From Selaginella moellendorffii (Eukaryota; Plantae; Lycopodiophyta): 64,000 nt of DNA. The stretch lies in contig NW_003314262.1 of NCBI RefSeq assembly GCF_000143415.4, forward strand, positions 3,606,405-3,670,404, given 5' to 3'. Shown here in pieces: positions 49,440 to 60,300 of the stretch (position 1 is the first letter of the stretch; each line of letters starts with the position of its first letter). Below the pieces are notes generated by a model. That model saw nothing but the letters and a program-made list of their open reading frames with translations, did not search any database and was not told the DNA's origin. The position numbers were made by a program, and so were the translations under genes.

Positions 49440-50862
49440 AGGGTTCCTTGCGTCGATCTCGCCAGGCGAGGTAAGAATCGCGTTGGAAAAATCGCAGCTT
49501 GTCGATTTTCTTTCCAATGTAGGGTAAGATCGAGTCTATGGCGCGGTATGTTTCTTAAAAATCCAAATAGCTCGTGTTTATTTTTATCCAAAGCGACAAG
49601 TCGAATGAATTCCACTAGTCCTTTATGCGATCAATATGTCCTTGCCACTTTTTTTTTCCTGCTACTTCATTTCTTCTTCTTATTCGCCTTCTGTTCTGTA
49701 CTAACATTTTTTTTTTTTCAGGTACTTGTATTCCTCAACACGGGATAACTCGGCGATTTAGGCAAGCTTCTCCCAGATCCAAGATATTCGATCTAAAACA
49801 ACGCAAAACGTAGATTAAGGATTGTTTGTACAAGGTATGGTCGAGTCAAAGCTCTTTAGTGTCGATCACTCTCGCTTGCAGCTAACCATTGTTTTGTTGC
49901 AGGTTTTGGTCCCTCCTCCTGCCACCAGTACCGTCATCGTCATCTTTTCAGAGATGAAGACCGTGCGTGGACAAGACCTCTTGAATGTCTCTGCATGAAT
50001 CGCATCATGGACAATCTGTGAAGGTATTGTTTTACTCTGATACGTAAATCCCACTTTGTTTGATGTAACAGGAAGCCCGTTCTTCGCGATATAGAAAGCC
50101 ATGGCCTTTTAGCACTGGCGGAAAGCCCCCCTCTAGAAATTTCTCTGAGCAGCATCACAAAAATATCCTCCGACAAGATAAATAGTTCAGGGCCTTACAG
50201 TGAAGAATTCGGACAAGCGTCGGTGAGTTCTTTTTCCTGTTCTGGCTTTGTTGATATGCAGTGAAGTTTCGAAAGAGTGTTTAAAAAACTAACAGTATTT
50301 TTCTTGTTATATTGCAGTGGCTTAAAATTTTGGGACGTTAATGCTCGGATCCAACACATTGCTCGAACTAGCAGCTTTAAAGCATCAAACATTGACATTT
50401 TCCAGACTGCCGACTTTAATGGACCTTGCTTTCGGGCTTGTCGAACTGTAACATCTGCTCTGGAGAAGAAGAACAAGAAAAGGACTCAAGGTATTAAATG
50501 ACTCCACTTCAAAGCTTTAAGAGGGATCCGATTGAATCCGTCCTTTGCTTGTATCCCTTTCCGTTTATCTAAACATCGCTGATCCACTGTAATTGCAGGA
50601 GGCTGAAAGCGCAAGCATCTCGTCTTCTTACCCAGCTAAAAGAATCGGCTCCAGATTCAAGAGTAAGATTATTTTACACTGGCCTCTGGAAATGGACGCA
50701 TGACTTGTGGAGGTTTGATTTCTAGGTGCTGAATCCAGACAGCTGTATGCAACTGACGGCCGGCGTCACATTGATACGAAGTCTATTCCCAATCCGACCA
50801 GGTACGGAAGACTTCTCAGCGAAATAATGCGTGGTCTGTACGAGGCCGGTCAAATGAGCTAA
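49440..50862 (+). other. Probable multi-exon transcription unit of unknown product, divergent from the homoserine dehydrogenase gene
   Basis: Regular short GT...AG intron-like segments with T-rich tracts separate short open exons; no recognisable domain. Confidence 0.35.
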
Positions 50863-51101
50863 AAGCTTGGTGGTAAAAGCATGCTAAACTCGTTTGGCGA
50901 TGGACGGACCACGCCGCATGTCAACGACGAACTTTGTTCCTTCCCATGAACGTGTTCTTCGCTCAGCTATCGTCACAGTAAGAGGTCGAGCACTCTCGGA
51001 AAAAAGTCTACTTTTCTCGGTAAAACAAACAGCCATTCTCGATCTTACACTCTATGCTAGAACTGACATGCCACAAACGCAAACAGGAACACTACTGCTT
51101 T

Positions 51102-51640
51102 CTACGGATTGAAGAGCTTGTTTCCGCATTGGCACCTCCATCCTTTGGGCTTGTAATTGGAGTAAAGAGCAGCCGCCTCACCTTCATCTTTCGCCGGAGA
51201 AACTCGCTTGGCCTCCTCATCCTTGGGATCGGGGGTGGGAACCTGGACTGCTTGGCAAGGGAGGCACCGGTTGCACTTATTCTGGCAGCTCGGTGGCCTG
51301 GAGCCTATACCCGTTATAACAGTGTCCGGAACTTCTTGTACCGCTTGAACTGCCTGGCATGGAGTGCAAGAGTCGCACTTGTTGAGACAACTCGGAGGCT
51401 TGGATCCCGGTGCTGTGGCAATCACCCTTGCCAGGCTTTGATTGTCGTGGCGACGAGGGTCATCCTTTCTTCCTGCACAGCACGAACGACAACAATGGCA
51501 TCAGCTGGCATATTGAGACAAAGGGACATGAATAGCGAATTATTACCCCGGGGGAAAGGACTCGGAGTTGTGAGACTAGCGAGCTGGAGGAGGAGGAGTG
51601 AGATCAGCAGCCAGCAGGAGAATTTGTTGGAGACAACCAT
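51102..51640 (-). CDS. EPF/EPFL-family secreted cysteine-rich peptide; exons 51640-51547 and 51472-51102
   Basis: Signal peptide; IGSRPPSCQNKCNRCLPCQAVQVP...NYKPKGWRCQCGNKLFNP. Confidence 0.9.
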
Positions 51641-51677
51641 GCTACCGGCATTGGCAAGGCTTGTGACTCTAGAGACA

Positions 51678-51708
<31 letters not shown>

Positions 51709-52648
51709 TCCTATAAGACCGAAAACAACATATCTTTGGTGGCGCTGACAGCGGAGTTCTATGGAAAGATTCTTCTCCAGTGGACCAAGTTTTGAGGACA
51801 CTCGTAGCTATGCTGCTCCAGCTCCTGGCTACTGCGGCTGGAAGCCAAAATTCATCGTCCTATATATCGTGCCGCGGTCTGTAATACGCGAGGGAGGTTA
51901 CAGGGTTGGCATCACAATCACAGCAGCGTTCTCCTTTGCCTGCAATCTGGAGAGATTCCTGAGGGCCCGTTAATCCAGCACGCAACTGAAGGACGAAAGG
52001 AATGGGTGGCTCTTCTGGTAAAAGTCCTTGGGCCGCTAGTACCGAAACGAGAGCAAAGTTAAAAGAGCATCACCAGAGCTTGCAGACGTCGACACCTCCA
52101 CTGTGTTCTTCACATGCTGCGTTATGCAACATATCATCAGCGGAGTCGCGCACCGAGCTTAAGTCTGTTAAGTGAGCTTTCTCTCTTCTACTTCTCCTAG
52201 TATTCCCCACGACTGATTGATTTGACACTGGTGAAGGCAGGCAGGCTTTCTTTTCTTTTCTGGAGCTGGAGCTCTCTGCTGCTGCTGCCGCTGTGGTGCT
52301 GATAGCTATTTATGTGGAGCAACTTTTGCTGCCCGGTCTATGCATGTGGATGGCGGAGTAGCCTTTGCGAGTGTCGACAAAAGAGGCGTACTTGGCGTAC
52401 GATGGCTTACCTCTTCGGGCATGGTGAAGCCGTTTGTCTACCGTGCGAAGTGCTATGCCCGGCTCGGGCGTATCAGTCAAGCCAAGCTGGGTGTTAGCGA
52501 ATAGCGATAGCGGCACAGATAGACAGGTGGATACGAAGCAAGGTGGGAGTTAGCACAGACGGACAGATAGTTACAGAGATAAATGGGATCGTCATTTTCC
52601 AGCAGGAGGAGCAGCAGCAGGCGAGAGATATGGTAGTGATATTTCCGG

Positions 52649-55078
52649 ATGGCACAGAGGCTGGACAGGGACAAGTTTGCGAAGCTGGTGCGAGCTTGCA
52701 GCGACGCGAAAGACCTCGCAAGAGGCAAGCGCGTCCATGCGCATATCTTGGACAGCGGCGGGGGTGGCGTAGTACAGGATAGTTTCCTCGCCAACTTGCT
52801 CGTGCAAATGTACGGGAAATGCGGGTGCCCGGATGACGCACAGCGGGTGTTCGAGGAGATAAATCCCAAGAACGCGTACTCGTGGTCTTGCATGATGACG
52901 GCCTTGGCGAGCAACGGGTATCTCGGTGACGCCAGGGTAATGTTTGAGAGCATGCCGCAACGGAACGTCTCGGCGTGGAACAACATCCTTGCAGCGCACG
53001 CACAGAAGGGGTACTTGGTCGAGGCCAGGGGATTTATGGACAGGATGCCCGAGTGGAACGTGGTGACGCTCAGCTTTATGGTGAACGCGTATGCCCAGAA
53101 CGGTCATCTTTCGGAGGCCGAGAGAGCTTTCGCCATGATGCACGAACCGGACGTGGTGGCATGCACGAAGATGGTAATGGCGTATGGTCAGGCTGGCCGG
53201 GTGGCCGATGCCAAGGCTGTTTTTGACAGGGCCGGGGCGAAGGATGTTATCGCGTGGAACGCGATGCTTTCGGCCTACGTTGAGAACGGGCTCTTGCGAG
53301 AGGCGAGAGCTTTGTTCGACTTTATGCCTGGACGGACGGTGGTGTCGTGGACGGCAATGGTTGAAGCCAGTTACCGCGGTGGGAGGTTTGAGGAAGCCCA
53401 GGAGCTCTTTGGTGGCATGCCCGAGCTGAGCGAGGTCTCTCTCACTGTTATGATCGAGGCTTACGCTCAAAACGGCCAGCTGCAGCGAGCCAGAGGCATT
53501 TTCGAGGCCAAGGCCGAGTCTCGTAACGTCGTCTCTTGGACTGCGATGCTGACGGCCTATGCGGACAATGAAGACTTCGACAGCGCGAGGATGGTGTTCG
53601 AGGTAATGCCGCAGCGGAGCATCATCTCCTGGAACTGCATGATCAGGGCGCTCGTTCACCACAGCGGGAACCTCGACCAGGTTCGCGAGTTTTTCAACAG
53701 CATGCCAGAACGCACCGTTGTCTCCTGGAACTTCTTTCTGCTAGCGAACTCTCGGGCTGGGCAGATCTCGAAGATAAAGAGTGCCTTCGACGTAATGCCG
53801 ATGAGGAACACGATCTCGTGGATCACTTTGCTACATGCCTATGCCGAGGGAGGACTTCTGGAAGAAGCCAGCAGCCTCTACGAGAACTTTCCCGAGCACA
53901 ACTCCGTCTCGAGGACAGTGATGCTGGTGTTCTACGCTCAGTATGGCCAGCTCGAGGAGGCAAGAACCGTCTTCTCCTGCATTGAAGAGCCGGACTTAGT
54001 GTCCCAGAACGCAATGGTGGCGGCTTATGCTCACAACGGGAGGATGGAAGAAGCAAAGGAGCTCTTTGACAGTATGCTCGAGAGGGATGTGGCAACTTGG
54101 AACTCGCTCATCGGCGGATATGCCCACAGCGGGCATACGAGCCCGAGCTCGAGCGAGGGGCACACGGCCGACACCAGCGAAGAGCATTTGCTATGCCGAA
54201 ACGCTCTGGAGAGCTTCCATGCAATGCTCGTCGAAGGCCTCCGACCAAACTCTATATCCTTCATGAGCATTCTCGTGGCGTCCAGCCACTTGGGACTCCT
54301 CGACACGGGCGTCCAATACTTCCAGTCCATGAGTAGCGACCACGGCTTGCAACCGAGCAGCGATCACTACCAGTCTGTGGTGAGCCTCCTGGGACGGACG
54401 GGAGAGCTCGACGCCGCCGAAGAACTCATCGACTTCCAGGCTGCCGGGTGCTCGGGCTTTCTAGAGGTGGCTCTCGGAAGCCTCCTCGGCGCGTGCAAGA
54501 CTTACAGAGACGTGGAACGGGGGGCTCGGGTAGCACACAGGCTGTTTGAGCTGGAGCCGCGCAACGCTTCTCCTTACGTACTCCTGGCCAGCTTGTACGC
54601 TTCTCTCGGCATGGAGAGCGACGTCCAGGCCGTGAGGAGGCTCATGAAGGACAGGAACGTCGTGAAGCAGCCAGGGATTAGCTTGATAGAGATCGACAGG
54701 AAGCTCCACAAGTTCACGGTCGGGGACACGAGCCACGTACGAAACCAGGAAATTCGTCGCGAGCTTGGAAGGCTCCATGAGTTGGTGGTGAAACAAGGAT
54801 ACGTCCCGGACACCAGGGAGGTGCTTCATGATGTTTGCGAGGAGCAAAAGCGGAGGCTCCTGCTCAACCACAGTGAGAAGTTGGCGATTGCATTTGGAGT
54901 GATCTCCACTGCTCCCGGGACGACGATAAGGATTCTAAAGAACCTGCGGGTGTGCTCCGACTGCCATGCAGCAGCCAAGCTCATGTCTAAGGTGACGAGA
55001 AGGAAGATTGTCGTCCGGGATTGCCATCGTTTTCACCACTTCGAAGAGGGGAAGTGTTCCTGCCGAGATTTTTGGTGA
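52649..55078 (+). CDS. PLS-DYW PPR protein (putative C-to-U RNA editing factor), 809 aa
   Basis: S-motif array, E domain, PG box (KQPGISLIE), HSEKLA, CSDCH, terminal CSCRDFW. Confidence 0.95.
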   Translation: MAQRLDRDKFAKLVRACSDAKDLARGKRVHAHILDSGGGGVVQDSFLANLLVQMYGKCGCPDDAQRVFEEINPKNAYSWSCMMTALASNGYLGDARVMFESMPQRNVSAWNNILAAHAQKGYLVEARGFMDRMPEWNVVTLSFMVNAYAQNGHLSEAERAFAMMHEPDVVACTKMVMAYGQAGRVADAKAVFDRAGAKDVIAWNAMLSAYVENGLLREARALFDFMPGRTVVSWTAMVEASYRGGRFEEAQELFGGMPELSEVSLTVMIEAYAQNGQLQRARGIFEAKAESRNVVSWTAMLTAYADNEDFDSARMVFEVMPQRSIISWNCMIRALVHHSGNLDQVREFFNSMPERTVVSWNFFLLANSRAGQISKIKSAFDVMPMRNTISWITLLHAYAEGGLLEEASSLYENFPEHNSVSRTVMLVFYAQYGQLEEARTVFSCIEEPDLVSQNAMVAAYAHNGRMEEAKELFDSMLERDVATWNSLIGGYAHSGHTSPSSSEGHTADTSEEHLLCRNALESFHAMLVEGLRPNSISFMSILVASSHLGLLDTGVQYFQSMSSDHGLQPSSDHYQSVVSLLGRTGELDAAEELIDFQAAGCSGFLEVALGSLLGACKTYRDVERGARVAHRLFELEPRNASPYVLLASLYASLGMESDVQAVRRLMKDRNVVKQPGISLIEIDRKLHKFTVGDTSHVRNQEIRRELGRLHELVVKQGYVPDTREVLHDVCEEQKRRLLLNHSEKLAIAFGVISTAPGTTIRILKNLRVCSDCHAAAKLMSKVTRRKIVVRDCHRFHHFEEGKCSCRDFW

Positions 55079-56639
55079 TCTTTTTAAGTAAAACAATTAA
55101 ATATAGTTTAAAACTTATTTACTTTCACCCTTATGTTTAGTTCCAGTTAATGAGGAGGGTTGTAAACCATTTGTGCTAAACTTAAATAGATTCATCTTGT
55201 AGAAGCTAGAGAGTTGTTTGATCTTGTACTGAAGCACAATAGATTTATATGGAACTAAGTGTATGACCAAAAGAAAGGAGATATGCTTATATTTCTGGAT
55301 CTTACTAATTTGCTTTTATATTTTCTAACAAATCTAGATTCCTTGCTAGTACTATTTAAAAGAGCAAAGGCAATATATTCAATCTTGATTTTATTTTACC
55401 TCATGGCAAAAAATTAGTTAAAGTAGTTTTTTGTTACAAAATTACTTAAGGATATTTAATCCTAAGTATCTTAACACTTATAACCGATTGAAAAAGATGG
55501 TGCACTCTTGTTCATAGACTTTTTCTCTTTATATTTGAATCTCTATAAATCAATTATTTATATACAAATGAGGATTTGCAATCCAATTTTAAAAAAATTT
55601 GCTAAGAGCATAAGATATAAAGAGGATGGCAATAGGAAGGGTTAAGTTAAGCATCACCCTTTTCCTGAAGCATTTAAAATTGTTTAACAATGTTTAATAA
55701 TATTCTTGTAGAATTAGAATGGAGAGTGTTATCTAGAGGAATCTCATAACCTGCTAATGGCAACATAATAGCCTTGAGCTTGTGTGTGAGTATTTTATGG
55801 CCTACTAGTGGCAACACAATAAGAATAGCAATCTTGAATATGAGAGTGTTCTTGAAGGGCCAAATCTTTAAAGTGTTTTTTTGGGAGGATTGAAAGAGTT
55901 TAAGGGCAAATCCTAGAGTAGGAGAGAGTGTTTCATGGCCTATTTGTGGCATTGCAGTTGGCTTAAGCAAATCTGATCAATAAAGAAGTGTTCTTTCCTG
56001 AATGGGGTATTTAAGGGTAATTGTGCTTTTATATAATGTACATAGTTTCACTTTTTATATTATAGTGATTTACTATAAAATAACTATGGAGTGGAATATA
56101 AACCTTTGTACATGTGGACCAAGGGTAATGGAGTGGAACTTGAGTTCAAAGCCTTAAGCCATTGAACGAAGAGATGAAATTAAAATCCTTAACATACAAC
56201 CAAGGAGTATAGAAATAAAAATTGGAATATAGAGCAACTCCTAAGTGTTCAACTTAGGGAGCGAAGGGATATGAATATAAAGTGATATTAGAATAGTCTT
56301 AAAGCATTTAGCATTCCATAGTAAAATTAACATGTAAAATGAAGTTAAATAAAGTTTGGCACTATTTCAGCATACCAGTGGCATAATGCGAGGATATAAA
56401 TCCTCCATCAGCTATTATAATGTAGAACTAAATTAGCCTCCTCTTCTGAAATGAATAAGAGAGTGAACCCTAGGCCAACCTCTTAACCCTTAACGTGTTA
56501 TAGTGTAGTGCATGTGATCATGGGATGAGATTTGAATATACTGTCATCATGGATCCTTAGAACTTTAGGGGATAAATAGGGATAAAATAGTCACTAAGGG
56601 CTCTTTCATCAAGCAATTGCCCCTTTTCTAGTTGGCTTA

Positions 56640-57345
56640 AGGGGAGAGAGATAAGGTGTGTTACAGTTGGTATCGGAGCAAATGACACGGGTTCGATTCC
56701 CATTGATTAGTGGCTACTTAAAAATATAATATACTCTTGAGCAAGATATATTCCTACCCCTAAATTTGAAATCGTACATATTGGGCATCCATGTGTACGT
56801 CCTTCCTCTTGTGTGGAATATCCACGGACGAAATTTGAAATCGTATGTATTGGGCATCCATGTGTACGTCCTTCCTCTTGTGTGGAATATCCACAGACGA
56901 AGGTATCCACCGTGGGACTGTGGTACGGGTGTGTACGTCCTTCCTCTTGTGTGGAATATCCATGGACGAAATTTGAAATCGTACATATCCATGGACGAAG
57001 GTATCCACTGTGGGACTGTGGTACGGGTGTGTACGTCCTTCCTCTTGTGTGGAATATCCACGGACGAAATTTGAAATCGTACGTATTGGGCATCCATGTG
57101 TACATCCTTCCTCTTGTGTGGAATATCCACGGACGAAGGTGGATACACAATGGAATAGCTGGTCTACACAATGGAGGGATTGGTAGATTCAGTGTGGAAA
57201 TGGAGGTGCTGATTGGTAGATTCAGTGCGGAAATGGAGGGATTGGTAGATTCAGTGCGGAAATGGAGGTGCTGGTTCCCCTTGGCTCAGTAGGGGTTATT
57301 AGTCAATAGTCAATAAGGACATTGACATCTCTGAAGGGGGGGTGA
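56640..57345 (+). mobile_element. Internal part of a small non-coding LTR element (TRIM-like): LTR 3' end, PBS, repeats, PPT (LTR start not located)
   Basis: ...GTGTTACA at 56665, PBS TGGTATCGGAGC at 56668-56679, PPT GAAGGGGGGGTGA at 57333-57345. Confidence 0.65.
56760..57140. repeat. Composite 69-bp tandem repeat: five copies of a ~41-bp core alternating with two linker types
   Basis: Core tgtgtacgtccttcctcttgtgtggaatatccacggacgaa at ~56792, 56861, 56930, 57029, 57098. Confidence 0.9.
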
Positions 57346-60300
57346 TGTAAGCGACTAAATTTTCCGTTCTACTTTAGTCACTTAACCACACCTCCGACCA
57401 CTTGGAGGAGTCTCATTCACAACCTCCATCAGTCCAATTCAGGACTTGGGACTTGCTAGCCCCAATACTGGCATCCATGCCACTCAACACTTGCACCTGG
57501 TCCAAGTGCTCCACGTGTCCGGTCCCAAGACCGACACCCAAAGGTACCACTGACATCTCGGCCCGTTACGCTAAGGCCATGCCCATTCACCTTTGCTGCA
57601 CTAGTGGTCCAATACCACTTGCATCACCATCCCGTTTTTCCAAGACTTGGGCCATCTGTCCCCGAGTGGTCATCCTAGATCCACTCCTTAGCATCCTTGG
57701 GATGCCCACAGACCTGGGGAATCGCCTTCCCCAAAGTCCCTTTGTCGGTTCCTACCAAGTCCCTTTCTGCCCCTGGCCGTGTTTGCCAACACTGCCACTG
57801 GATCGAGGCCCACAGGCCCGACCACTAAGTCCCATGGTCCTTTGGGACTTCCTCACCACATGACTGTGTCCTTGGTCACTACCCCAGAGGACTGCTCCTC
57901 TTCCTTTCCACAGTCTAGGCCTTTGGGACAACATTTCGGAACACCGTGGCCTTACACGAGCCACCTGGGTACTCTCCCCGCCTTTCGCCTTTAGGTGCTC
58001 TAGCCATGGGCTTAGAGCAGGTTCCATTGAGCCACACCAGGTATCCAAGTAGGTAGTGCCACCCACACTTGGACTGGGAGCATCGGCCAGTCGATCTCCC
58101 GGGGGAACTAGAGCCGGCTCTTGAACACATCACCAAGCTACCCCGCTTGTCGGTCTGTGTTCACTCTAGTCTTGGACTTCCCAGTGGGCAGCTCATCACC
58201 CAACACTGGGTCTGGCCTTCCTGGGCCAAACTGGCCTTTCCTGGCCAAACTGGCTCCACTGCAGTCCTCCCCCTACTATACTTTTGGGGCTCACCAAACC
58301 CCCCAGGGTCTGGGAGACGAACGCTTTGGGCTTTCACCCTCTCAGGCTCCGGACTCGGACTCGGACTCGGACTCGGACTCGGACTCGGACTCGGACTCGG
58401 ACTCGGATTCGGGCTCGGGCTCGGTCTCGGCCTCGGCCTCGGTCTCGGTCCTGATCTCGGTCTCGGTCCCGGTCTCGGTCTCGACTTCGGACTCCATCTC
58501 GGACTCCATCTCGGACTCCATCTCGGACTCCATCTCGGGTCCATCTCAGGTCCATCTCGGACTCCATCTCGGACTCCATCTCGGGTCCATCTCGGACTCC
58601 ACTTCGGACTCCAACTCGGGTCCATCTCGGGTCCACCTCGGACTCCATCTCGGACTCCACTTCGGACTCCAACTCGGGTCCATCTCGGACTCCACTTCGG
58701 ACTCCAACTCGAGTCCATCTCGGACTCCACTTCGGACTCCAACTCGAGTCCATCTCGGACTCCACTTCGGACTCCAACTCGAGTCCATTTCGGACACTCC
58801 CACGTGTCATGTGTTGGTCCTTTTGGGTCCCTTTTTGGAGCCTCACCTTTTGCTCGCTTCGTGCTCGTTCCTCGAGCACTTCGTTGGGAGTTCCACTCCC
58901 GCTCTTGACTTTTCAAGTCGGAGCTTTTGGTCCAAACATGTTACGCTCGTTTGGCTCTCGCTTCGGCCACTACCATGTGGCGCCCTTCCGGCTCCACTTT
59001 GGGGCCTAGGGATTTTGTGTCTCACAACTCCACCACCCATAGACGAAGTTCGATGTCCTCATCGAACGGTAAACCCTTTCATAAAGTAACACCCACACGT
59101 GTTACCATTTCCATCCTTGGCACCTAGCTAATCTTTGTCTATGGTTTGACACCAAAGGCTCACCATGCCTTGTCCATCCTTTAAGGAGCGTAGTCTCTCC
59201 AACTTAGAGACTGATTGGACCACATGTAATGGTTCTCTCCTTTTATTGGTTTAGTTCTCGCTAAACCTCTTAGAGACCCTTCTCTAAGTCAATTCCACTA
59301 CTCCTTCTCGAGTAGTTTCAATTTCCATCAATATAACCTTTGCACTTTGGAACTTTGAATTTTGACTTCTTGGAGTCAATTTCCTAGGTGTCTCCGACAC
59401 CTTGCCTTGCACCTTTTGTGCAACTCCACTTCCCATCCTAGGAAGTTCTCTACTCGAGGGCACCATCATCCTCTCTTCTATTTCGTGCCAAAGTTCCAGT
59501 TATCATACTTTGTGCTAGGGCTGTTCATGGCCCTATCATTTGGCTGCCTTACCGCTCCCTCCCTTGGAGCTTCCACTTTCGCCAAATCGGAGCATTTCGG
59601 AATCCCTCCTTGGAAACACACTTCCTTTCCCGCAACTTGTTAGCGTCCAACACATTAGTGTTCCTCGCCTAACTTTGTCACTTGGATTCCTCCCAAGGGA
59701 TTCCACGGCCCTATCTTGGCCACTCATCTTTTGCTCCTATCCGTTGATTGTTGCACCAAGCAACATCGAATCTCTACCTCCTCCTTGAGGTATTGTTTCG
59801 GTTCCATAGCAAAGACTCTTCTTTGCCAAGTCCGGAGGATGTTCACCCCTAGTACGTCTCTTTAGCATCTTCTGTTATGGGCTCTATCCATGGCCCAACT
59901 TCGTGACCCTCCCATGGGTCTTTTATAGAGACTACTTTCCTCGGACTCACTATGCCATCGCACGGACATAGTTTATTTCCCTTAGGTGCTCTTCCCACTT
60001 GGTCATCACGACCAAGCCACACCACCTTAAACAGTTCAATTTCAACATTTTGAACCAGGAACTTCATTCCTTAGCCAACCAAGGACCTTGTCCTTATCTG
60101 GCCATAAGATCACCTAGTGATCTCACCTTGGCACCTTAACAGAGTTGCCAAGAGGTACTTGGTCTTCTAGACCTCCAAGTTGTTGACTATAACCCCGGGG
60201 GCATCCCCCACACTTGGCGCTGCACCCAAGCCAGCCCTCACGGCCAAGGGTTCATAGCAACTGAGATTAGGTGTCCCCATCTCACTCACCACGACCTTGG

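Noticed and set aside
56760-57140. CRISPR-like repeat/spacer pattern
   Set aside because: The linkers are only two recurring types, there are no cas genes, and the array lies between a retroelement PBS and PPT in plant DNA
58069-59089. Long ORFs with SD/GL/RV/ES repeats on both strands
   Set aside because: By-products of stop-free tandem repeats inside an LTR
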